A stretch of DNA of 63,495 nt from a virus (Duplodnaviria > Caudoviricetes), in IMG/VR virus record IMGVR_UViG_3300049203_000046, positions 1-63,495 of that record. One strand, given 5' to 3'. The position numbers and the translations under genes are program-made. Positions 9,468-16,487 of this stretch are shown here, piece by piece (the first letter of the stretch is position 1; every line of letters begins with the position of its first letter). Under the pieces are notes generated by a model. That model saw nothing but the letters and a program-made list of their open reading frames with translations. It had not been told where the DNA came from and ran no database searches.

Positions 9468-9877
9468 TGGGTGAAACCGTAGCCAAGGCTCCGTGCGCGT
9501 CCTGCCCGTACAGGCGGGACGTTCCCTCGGGAGTGTGGCACAGGAGCGAGTACGAGAAGCTGCTGCGGTTTGATGGCGACATCGTCGAGCAAGCGGTACA
9601 GGGCGGCATCGCCCTGTTCGACTGCCACCAGCAGGATGGAAATCTTTGTGCGGGCTGGATCGCTGCGCATGGAGCGGAGAACCTGTTGGCTTGTCGGCTG
9701 CACGCTGACGATCTGGACCCGAAGGTGTGGGATTATAAGAGCCCCGTCCCCGTGTTCGGTAGTGGCCAAGAGGCGCATGACCATGGCGTTCGAGATATCG
9801 AAGAGCCTGGCGAAGAGGCGGAGCGGACGATCAGTCGGCTTCGCAGGAAGCAGGAGCGGCGAGCAAAGACCCGCTGA
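9467..9877 (+). CDS. DUF6283-like Cys/His protein
   Basis: PCASCPYRRDVPSGVW..EYEKL..LFDCH..LCAGW pattern. Confidence 0.7.
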   Translation: MGETVAKAPCASCPYRRDVPSGVWHRSEYEKLLRFDGDIVEQAVQGGIALFDCHQQDGNLCAGWIAAHGAENLLACRLHADDLDPKVWDYKSPVPVFGSGQEAHDHGVRDIEEPGEEAERTISRLRRKQERRAKTR

Positions 9878-9881
9878 AACG

Positions 9882-9914
9882 AAGAGCCCCGCGTGCGAGC
9901 GCGGGGCTTTTTTT
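9882..9914. terminator. Terminator between convergent genes
   Basis: AGCCCCGCG/CGCGGGGCT hairpin followed by a T-run. Confidence 0.85.
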
Positions 9915-9939
9915 GTGCCTGCATATAACACAGATGTGA

Positions 9940-10185
9940 TTATGAGGGAGGCGTCGGCTTGTAGGTGGCGAAGCTGTCGTGCTCGACGATGGGCTCCGGT
10001 TCAGCGCCGAGGCTGGCGAAGATGCTGGGCAGGACTTCGGGGTTGATGTTGGCCAATACCGTGATGTCGGATTGGGTGTTGGGGTCGATGACGCCAATGA
10101 AGAAGAGCGCGTCCTTCGGGAGCGAGGCGCGCATGATCTGGGCTAGTTCCTTCTTCTGGTCTTCGGTCAGGGCTGGGTTAGGCAT
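9940..10185 (-). CDS. Hypothetical protein
   Basis: ORF coupled to the upstream gene, with AAGGA SD. Confidence 0.65.
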   Translation of the reverse strand: MPNPALTEDQKKELAQIMRASLPKDALFFIGVIDPNTQSDITVLANINPEVLPSIFASLGAEPEPIVEHDSFATYKPTPPS

Positions 10186-10660
10186 TCTCGTCTTCCTTCA
10201 CTTGCTGGACGAATTTTTCGATGGATCGGTAGGTTTCCATGGACAGGAGCCGCCACGCTTCTCGGCATTGTTCGAGCGTGAAGTCGCCAACGTGGGCGGC
10301 TTCATCGAGCCCCATCGTGTAGGTCAGGAACCTGTAGACGGTGGAGCGGCCATCGCGCTTGTTCGGTGCTGCGGCCCACAAGGGATCGAGCATATCGTTG
10401 TGAAGCTTCATGCGGGCTTGGCGCGTCTCGCGATTGGCGGCGTAGCCTAGCGGGATATCCGTGCCGTCGTGGCAGCCGACATAGGTGTCCTCACATAGAG
10501 GGCAGGCGTGAAAAATTCTGGAACCGTATCGGTCGCGGGAAGTTTGGGAGCGGTAAATCTCGGCTCCGGTTTTTTTGACGCAGGTCGAGCCGCAATGGAG
10601 GCAGCTGGTCGTCTCCTTGCGTCGGCCGTAGGGGATCTTTCCTCGGGCTGAGGTGTGCAT
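10178..10660 (-). CDS. DUF3268-like zinc-finger protein
   Basis: CxxC...CxxC..YVGCH..PLG..A..R..R..H..DPLW..HVG..EQC pattern. Confidence 0.75.
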   Translation of the reverse strand: MHTSARGKIPYGRRKETTSCLHCGSTCVKKTGAEIYRSQTSRDRYGSRIFHACPLCEDTYVGCHDGTDIPLGYAANRETRQARMKLHNDMLDPLWAAAPNKRDGRSTVYRFLTYTMGLDEAAHVGDFTLEQCREAWRLLSMETYRSIEKFVQQVKEDENA

Positions 10661-10686
10661 GGGAATGTCTCGCTGGTGTGTCGTGC

Positions 10687-10723
10687 GGGTGATATCATGT
10701 CACCCTGAGGAACACATTGTCAA
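10687..10723 (-). promoter_or_regulatory. Sigma70-like promoter overlapped by operator TGTCACCCTGAGGAACA (10698..10714)
   Basis: TTGACA (10723..10718), 18 bp, CATGAT. Same GGGTGATA-N3-TGTCACCC arrangement as at 1886. Confidence 0.65.
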
Positions 10724-10745
10724 GCGAGCACATTGGTGTGTGCTG

Positions 10746-10782
10746 AAATAGAAAGAGCCGGTCGGTTCCCCCCGCCGGCTCT
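10746..10782 (-). terminator. Terminator
   Basis: AGAGCCGG/CCGGCTCT hairpin with T-rich tail on the minus strand. Confidence 0.6.
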
Positions 10783-10817
10783 CCCCCTGAAAAGGCTTCG
10801 TGTCGAATTTCGTGCAG

Positions 10818-11006
10818 TTACTGCGCGTTTTCGAACGCCTTTTTGACCCCTTCCAGGTACTTAATTGCGTCGCCGATTATAGCGTCGTGGATCTCTCCGA
10901 CCGCCGCGCGCTCACGGGCAAAAGCGATAATGTTATCAAGGGATTGCAAAGCAGAAGCGACGGTGTCCGGTGTCGTTGCGGAATGGGTGTTGCTGGTGTT
11001 GTGCAT
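10818..11006 (-). CDS. Small hypothetical protein next to attP
   Basis: 62-aa ORF, helical-looking, followed by a terminator. Confidence 0.45.
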   Translation of the reverse strand: MHNTSNTHSATTPDTVASALQSLDNIIAFARERAAVGEIHDAIIGDAIKYLEGVKKAFENAQ

Positions 11007-11129
11007 CGTTCGAAAATCCTGTGCAGGTTTTCGTGCAGAAAGCTGGTCGAGCAGCCAAAGCACGACTGGCCCTCAGGGCCATTGGTTGTGTACTTGGGAT
11101 ATCGAGACGGTGTTGTTGGTGTGAACCTG

Positions 11130-11177
11130 TGGTGCTGCGGAGTGGGATTGAACCACCGACCTCACCCTTACCAAGGG
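11130..11177 (-). other. attP core = 3' half of tRNA-Thr(GGT)
   Basis: Minus strand reads CCCTTGGTAAGGGTGAGGTCGGTGGTTCAATCCCACTCCGCAGCACCA (anticodon loop, T-arm, CCA). 100 bp from the integrase stop. No 5' tRNA half. Confidence 0.9.
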
Positions 11178-11277
11178 AATTTTTGCTCCTGTTATCAGGG
11201 GCTTAACTCCCTCTCGGTCCCCCCAACAACGCCGCCCCGAGCAGGCGACGTTGGTGGTTAGTCTATATACCTCCGGG

Positions 11278-12330
11278 TTATGCGATCTTCTCGACGGCTT
11301 GGCGACGTTTATCAGCTCCGACGATGGCGTAGGTGGCCAGCATCCGCTTGTCGACGTGTCCGAGCAGGTTGGTGATGATGATGTCTGGCACGTCCTTGTC
11401 AAGGAGGTTTGTGCCGAAGGTGCGGCGCGCGTCGTGCGGCGTCAGGTTGGGGAGGCCCGCCGCCTCCACAAGATCTGCGAACACTTTGTTGACGAGGCCG
11501 GGAGTATCGAGCGGCAAGCCGGTCCGAGAGAAGAACACACGGTGATGGTCTTTTGGTTTGCGCAGCGCGCGCATGGCCGTGAGGATCGGCTTGAGCGTTG
11601 AGTTGACCGGGATATGCCGTTCGATCACGGTGCCGCGTGCGCCTTTCTTTGAGCGAAGCACGACGACGTCCGGTTGGCCATCCTGATCGAGGAGGATGTC
11701 GCCCCAGGTCAGCATGCACATTTCGGAACGTCGTGCTCCCGTGGCGAACAGAAAGTTCAGGTGCGGCACGAACCATGGATGAAGATCCTCGCAGGCATCC
11801 ATCACCTTGGCCTTCTCGTCATCGTTAAACTTCGTATCCTTCGGAGGATTGTTCTGAGGCTTAGCGATGCGCAGCGGCTGAAGGTTCATGCCGATGCGGA
11901 GAAAGTTCAGAAAGCCTTGGATCGCATTGATCTCGCGCCGGATCGTGGACCCACCTAGACCGGGACGTTGGCAGAATTTTGTCACGTCGATTGGCATGAC
12001 GTCGACCACACAGAGGTCTGCGTGCTTGGCCACGAAGGCATCGACATAGCTGGCTGTTGTTGCCCCTACTTCCTTTGGCCGGCCGTAGTAGAGCTTCGCC
12101 CCATCTTTGACCGTGAGGCTGGAGGCGCGGTCACGCTCCTTGCGGCCGCCGGTTTTCTTTTCGACTGAGGTTTCGAGCAGCTCACGCTCGATATTCTTCA
12201 GCGCCTTCTTGGCCAAAGTCTTAGCCGATGGCCCGCACCCTGTTGAGCGATTTACGCGTACCCCGTTGACGCTTCCCACAGCGTAATAGCGTGCGCCGGT
12301 CGCTCCCTCGACAAGCTTCAGCTTCAACAT
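11278..12330 (-). CDS. int: Tyrosine recombinase/integrase
   Basis: TGARRSE (R), SKKG (K), HDARRTF (HxxR), LLGH and catalytic Y (ATYA). Confidence 0.95.
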   Translation of the reverse strand: MLKLKLVEGATGARYYAVGSVNGVRVNRSTGCGPSAKTLAKKALKNIERELLETSVEKKTGGRKERDRASSLTVKDGAKLYYGRPKEVGATTASYVDAFVAKHADLCVVDVMPIDVTKFCQRPGLGGSTIRREINAIQGFLNFLRIGMNLQPLRIAKPQNNPPKDTKFNDDEKAKVMDACEDLHPWFVPHLNFLFATGARRSEMCMLTWGDILLDQDGQPDVVVLRSKKGARGTVIERHIPVNSTLKPILTAMRALRKPKDHHRVFFSRTGLPLDTPGLVNKVFADLVEAAGLPNLTPHDARRTFGTNLLDKDVPDIIITNLLGHVDKRMLATYAIVGADKRRQAVEKIA

Positions 12331-12332
12331 GG

Positions 12333-12770
12333 TTAGTTACTCCTACTAGTTACAAGATCATTGACAGGGTCATCCTGTCGGTACTCGCTATCCCAGCTCT
12401 TCGGCAGACCGCCGGACGCTTCCAAGTAATCGTCGTCGGAAATGCGCGCCAGAACTGGTGCGTAGGAAGTTATAACCGCAGCCCTACGGGGTGCTGCAAG
12501 CTTCTTTCTAATTATGACTGTGTGCGTCTTGATCGTATCAGGCGCAACCTTTAGTCGCTTGGCAATCTCCTCATTCGATGCGTCTCGGCACAGCATTTGT
12601 AGGATGGCGTGCTGTTTTGTGGTGAACTGAGACATGTAAACGATATCGGACGAGAGCGATGAACCTTGGGCAGGCGAGAAATTGCCTGACGGTCGGGCGA
12701 GTATCATGTCTATCTTGGCTTCTATACGCGCCAAGGTAGAACGAAACTCTTGGTCGGTAGCTGTAGGCAT
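12333..12770 (-). CDS. LuxR/GerE-type HTH regulator
   Basis: TTKQHAILQMLCRDASNEEIAKRLKVAPDTIKTHTVIIRKKL. Confidence 0.85.
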   Translation of the reverse strand: MPTATDQEFRSTLARIEAKIDMILARPSGNFSPAQGSSLSSDIVYMSQFTTKQHAILQMLCRDASNEEIAKRLKVAPDTIKTHTVIIRKKLAAPRRAAVITSYAPVLARISDDDYLEASGGLPKSWDSEYRQDDPVNDLVTSRSN

Positions 12771-12798
12771 ACGCGGTAACTCCCTTCTTGGTCAAAAC

Positions 12799-12815
12799 TG
12801 TCACCAGTGGTGACA
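12799..12815. promoter_or_regulatory. Perfectly symmetric operator TGTCACCAGTGGTGACA
   Basis: 8-1-8 palindrome upstream of the luxR-int operon. Confidence 0.75.
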
Positions 12816-13011
12816 CATTGGCCTATAACCGTCAAGAGGCTATCAGCTACTCCATTGGTGGAGAGGTAAGCCTCGCGTTGGCTTCAAGTTGTCAGCGCGA
12901 TTTGACACTAGTCATGGTACGATTTCGTACTCGGACGTCCGACCAAAAAAAGATGTCGCATGGTTAATGCGACATTAGCAATTCCTAAAATCTTGGGAGT
13001 GAGGACTAGGA

Positions 13012-13035
13012 GAACGGTACGAAAGCGTACCGTTC
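13012..13035 (-). terminator. Hairpin after holin-like gene
   Basis: GAACGGTACG-aaag-CGTACCGTTC. Confidence 0.6.
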
Positions 13036-13039
13036 GTTG

Positions 13040-13276
13040 TCAGTTTTTGGGACGGCCGATCTTTGTGCTTGCCTTGATCCGGCCATAGATCGCGCCGGCA
13101 TCGAACAGGAACGACACGAAAAGCGGCATCGCAGCCGAAAGATTGTCAATAGCCACCTTCACCTGCTCGTCCTCAACATCGATTGCGATGAAGAGCGACA
13201 AGAGCTTGAGCGCGATGTTGAAGAGGACCATCCAGAATGTGGTCGAGGCGAAGATCGATTTCGTTTCCATGGCCAT
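13040..13276 (-). CDS. Putative holin (2 TM segments)
   Basis: KSIFASTTFW start, two hydrophobic segments, AIYGRIKA basic tail. Confidence 0.65.
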   Translation of the reverse strand: MAMETKSIFASTTFWMVLFNIALKLLSLFIAIDVEDEQVKVAIDNLSAAMPLFVSFLFDAGAIYGRIKASTKIGRPKN

Positions 13277-13282
13277 GGCTCC

Positions 13283-13705
13283 TTATACCGGCGACTCTAG
13301 GCGCGGCCCTTCACCCGGTCGTCCTGACATCGGCGCGGCGTCGAACATGTAGCCATGGGCTGGGTCGACCTTGATGGCCAAGATCGGGGAGGACGGCACC
13401 TCGTTGACCACCTCAGCACCGAGCAGGTCGACGAAGAATTGGTTGGCCCCAGGCTTCATACCAATGATGAGTTCGGACGGCTTGATGGGCATGGGCAGCG
13501 GGTTCATGTACCAGACGGGGATGTTGACGCCTTCACGCTGGAAGAGCGCGCGCATGAACTTGCCGAACTCGATATAGGCCGGGGCCAGCATCGAGATCAC
13601 TTCGTGCTTGCGCATGTCGGGGCGCGCTCCGAAGTCGTCGTAGACGACAGGCATGGCCAAGAGACGGTCTTGGATGAGGGCGGGGTCGTATAGGAGTTTT
13701 GTCAT
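13283..13705 (-). CDS. Hypothetical protein
   Basis: ATGA coupling with the upstream hydrolase gene. Confidence 0.7.
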   Translation of the reverse strand: MTKLLYDPALIQDRLLAMPVVYDDFGARPDMRKHEVISMLAPAYIEFGKFMRALFQREGVNIPVWYMNPLPMPIKPSELIIGMKPGANQFFVDLLGAEVVNEVPSSPILAIKVDPAHGYMFDAAPMSGRPGEGPRLESPV

Positions 13706-14991
13706 GAGGGGGTGAAACCACGACGGATTTGATCGGCGGACAAGCCGGGGCGGAAGCCACGCTGGACGAGAACGGCCATGACCTCGGGAGGTAGCTTGGT
13801 CCAGCCGCCCCAATTGGTATCGGGGTTGAAGGACTTCGGCACGGCGGAGCGCATGTCAGCGTGGATATGAGTGGGGTAGTAGCCGAAAGCGTTGAAGCCG
13901 TTGCCCGCCAGGGCATCGACCAGCTTGGCGATCTCTTCCTGCGACATGCCGGCGGTCGAGATGTCTGAGGCGTCGCCGTGGGTATGACGAGACTCCTTGG
14001 CCACAGTGATGCGGTTCGGATCGCCGCTGTTGCGGATACGATCCTGGTGCGCTTGCGAGCGGTAGCCAGATGAGATGGTGATGTCGCGGCCGAGCTGATT
14101 GGCTGCGAGGGTCAGTGCCTCACGGGCCTGCGGCTGGATGCCATCAATGTTGACGTGATCGCCGGCCGGCTTGATGCCGAACTGGAGCGTCGTCGAGGCG
14201 GCTTGCAGAGAAGTGTCCTTGCCAAGGGGAACGGCCTTGTCGGGCACGCTGGACGGGTCAGGGCGGAAGGAAGAGGACAGCTCTGTCTGAGTGGGCATGC
14301 TGACGTCCGTCGAGCCCCCGAGGGGGGCGTAGGCGGACTGATAGGAGAGAGGGCTTCTTTTCCGAGAGAGGATCTCACCTGCCCTGATCATGCCAAGGCC
14401 AGTGAAGCTCACGCCGGGGTCGTCGTACATCGTCTGAGCCTGGCGCATCTGCGCGACCTGCTGCTCGTCGAGGGACTGCGCTGGCTGTTGGCCAGGGGGA
14501 GGAGGTTGAATGGCGGCTGTGACGTTGGGCGTCTGGCCGTAGAGCTGGCCGGCATAGTCGAGGCGCTTGTCAATGTGATTGAGCTTCGGGTTCTTCGAGG
14601 CTCGTTCGTAGTGGGCCATGAAGTTCTGCGCGGCCGAGTGCGGATCGCGAGCGCCGAGGATGGCGTCGCGGTTCTTGGCCGCCTGCACGTCGGCATATTG
14701 GGAGTCTGGGTTCAGCTCTTCGAGAACGAAGTCCAGCTGCGCGTTGAGATCGGTCGGCGAGCGATTGGTCGACTTGGCGAACTCTTCGAAGTTGTCTTTG
14801 CGGCCATGGCGGAGCTGTTGCACATAGTGGGCTGAGCCTTTGTCGCCACGCTGGTCGCCGGAGATCACGCTCGGGCTGAAGTTGCCAGACTCGATGGCCA
14901 AGTTCGCGACGATGCCAGCGGCCACCTCGGGCGAGAGGCCCTTGCTCAGGTAATACTGGTATGCGTAAAGCGCGCGATCATTGACCTGCAT
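13702..14991 (-). CDS. Two-domain peptidoglycan hydrolase (phage tail lysozyme plus M15 peptidase)
   Basis: N-terminal AAGIVANLAIES..QLDFVLEEL..YER. C-terminal SSGYRS..H..GDASDI..HIHAD. Confidence 0.8.
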   Translation of the reverse strand: MQVNDRALYAYQYYLSKGLSPEVAAGIVANLAIESGNFSPSVISGDQRGDKGSAHYVQQLRHGRKDNFEEFAKSTNRSPTDLNAQLDFVLEELNPDSQYADVQAAKNRDAILGARDPHSAAQNFMAHYERASKNPKLNHIDKRLDYAGQLYGQTPNVTAAIQPPPPGQQPAQSLDEQQVAQMRQAQTMYDDPGVSFTGLGMIRAGEILSRKRSPLSYQSAYAPLGGSTDVSMPTQTELSSSFRPDPSSVPDKAVPLGKDTSLQAASTTLQFGIKPAGDHVNIDGIQPQAREALTLAANQLGRDITISSGYRSQAHQDRIRNSGDPNRITVAKESRHTHGDASDISTAGMSQEEIAKLVDALAGNGFNAFGYYPTHIHADMRSAVPKSFNPDTNWGGWTKLPPEVMAVLVQRGFRPGLSADQIRRGFTPS

Positions 14992-15000
14992 GTTGACACC

Positions 15001-15210
15001 TTAGCCGTGAAACCACTTCCCGATGCTGACCCTGATCTGATCCCAGGCGACGAGCGCGCCGGCCACTGAGAGAAGGATCCACATCGCTATCCGACCGAGG
15101 ATCCCCATCACCTGCCAGACCTGATAGGCTCTGGCCATTTGGCGTAGAGCTTCGCGCTCCTCCTTGCTGAAGTTTGCGTTCTGCTCTGGCTCGATGCTCG
15201 GGTCTGGCAT
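15001..15210 (-). CDS. Small single-TM membrane protein (holin/lysis-associated?)
   Basis: One hydrophobic segment. CCACCAC leader plus AGGA SD. Confidence 0.6.
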   Translation of the reverse strand: MPDPSIEPEQNANFSKEEREALRQMARAYQVWQVMGILGRIAMWILLSVAGALVAWDQIRVSIGKWFHG

Positions 15211-15272
15211 TTCGAAGTATTCCTGTCGTGGTGGCGTGGGCCAAATCCATGTTGAATGGATAGGGCTCAGGA

Positions 15273-15668
15273 CTACTGACGGTCGTCCGCTTTGAAGCCG
15301 TGAAACCTCAGGAAGGCGTCGTAGATCTCAAGAAAGTCGTCGAACCGCATGGCCACGGTCGAGTGGCCAATGGACTGGCGAGACTGTCGATGGATCACCA
15401 CTGGCAGATTGTCGCCGGTCGCATTGCGGACGGCCTGCTCCATGAACTCGTTGAGGGTGAAGCGTTCGGTCCTCTTGGCTTCGATGGCCAACCGAGGTGC
15501 GCCGAAAATGTCCGAGGATCCTTTAGACTGGTCGAAGGCTTGAGCACCGGCAACGCCACGGGCGACCTCGATGCCGATCTTGTCTTTGAGGTGAGCGACG
15601 ATCTCGCGCTCGTAACGGAGGCCCTTCTCGCGGACGCCCTTAGGGGTGATGCGGCGCTTAGTAGTCAT
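15273..15668 (-). CDS. Hjc-type Holliday junction resolvase / PD-(D/E)XK nuclease
   Basis: KGLRYERE..SDI..AIEAKRTE. Confidence 0.75.
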   Translation of the reverse strand: MTTKRRITPKGVREKGLRYEREIVAHLKDKIGIEVARGVAGAQAFDQSKGSSDIFGAPRLAIEAKRTERFTLNEFMEQAVRNATGDNLPVVIHRQSRQSIGHSTVAMRFDDFLEIYDAFLRFHGFKADDRQ

Positions 15669-15996
15669 AGACGAGCCGCCTGCACTTGTCGCACATGTAT
15701 TGGTTGACGGGCCTGGACTTGGTGTCCTTGCAGCGCATGCACGGGCGCTTCCAGCGCTTCGCCTGAATGGTCGGCACATACTTGGCCCCGACCGGCTCGA
15801 TCAATCCGAGCCTTGCTGCGCGCCGCCTGATCGAGTCCTCGCATAGGGTGACGCCAGCTTCTCGAAGCTTGGCGATGATGGGCTTGATGGAGTTCTTCGG
15901 ACGCCGTCGAGCTGACCCGATGTCGGGCGGCACCGTCTTGAAGAGATTGATCATCAGATCTTCTTGCTCATCTGTGAGCGCAAGCTTCTTCGGCAT
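15658..15996 (-). CDS. GcrA-like HTH protein with C-terminal zinc finger
   Basis: LTDEQEDLM..SIRRRAARLGL resembles the GcrA N-terminus. CMRC..CDKC. Confidence 0.5.
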   Translation of the reverse strand: MPKKLALTDEQEDLMINLFKTVPPDIGSARRRPKNSIKPIIAKLREAGVTLCEDSIRRRAARLGLIEPVGAKYVPTIQAKRWKRPCMRCKDTKSRPVNQYMCDKCRRLVYDY

Positions 15997-16271
15997 GGCC
16001 GTCCCCCGGTCAAATCACCCTGGGGAGTATTTGATATCACCTTTGTGGTTAATAACCATAGCCGTAGGGGTTGCATTTTGTGCAGAAATGTGGTACTCGC
16101 TCTTCGCGAGACGAGACGAAGTCGAGTTGAGACGAAGACGCGAAGCCGACGGCGTCGTCGCCTTTGGCTTCGCGGTAGCACGAAGTGACGAAGCGAAGTT
16201 TCGGCACTTTGGGATACGCGAGTACCAGCCCCGCCCGGTTGCAAAATCCCCAAATATTTCAGGCACGACCA

Positions 16272-16487
16272 ATGAAATACCTGACAGCAGAGCAAGCGCG
16301 CCTCGAACATGCGCGCGTCAACGAAGAGCGCGAACGAAATCGCCGCCTCTATCCAGAAGAGGCGGCGTTCGTCGACGAGGTCAGAAATCTATTCGGAAGC
16401 GGCGCGAAGGTGGTCTATTTCGGCGAGCCGCGAGAGACTAGCGTCGAGCATTACTCAGACGCCAAGCCACTCCCTGATGGTAAATAG
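16272..16487 (+). CDS. Hypothetical protein convergent with primase
   Basis: AGGCACGACCAATG leader. Protein-like sequence (NRRLYPEEAAFVDEVRNLFG). Confidence 0.6.
   Translation: MKYLTAEQARLEHARVNEERERNRRLYPEEAAFVDEVRNLFGSGAKVVYFGEPRETSVEHYSDAKPLPDGK

Noticed and set aside
11130-11200. Complete tRNA-Thr gene
   Set aside because: Only the anticodon arm to CCA is present. No acceptor 5' strand or D-arm upstream, so it is an attP core.
12900-13040. Alphaproteobacterial LexA box (GTTC-N7-GTTC)
   Set aside because: GTAC/GAAC words are present but spacing does not fit N7.
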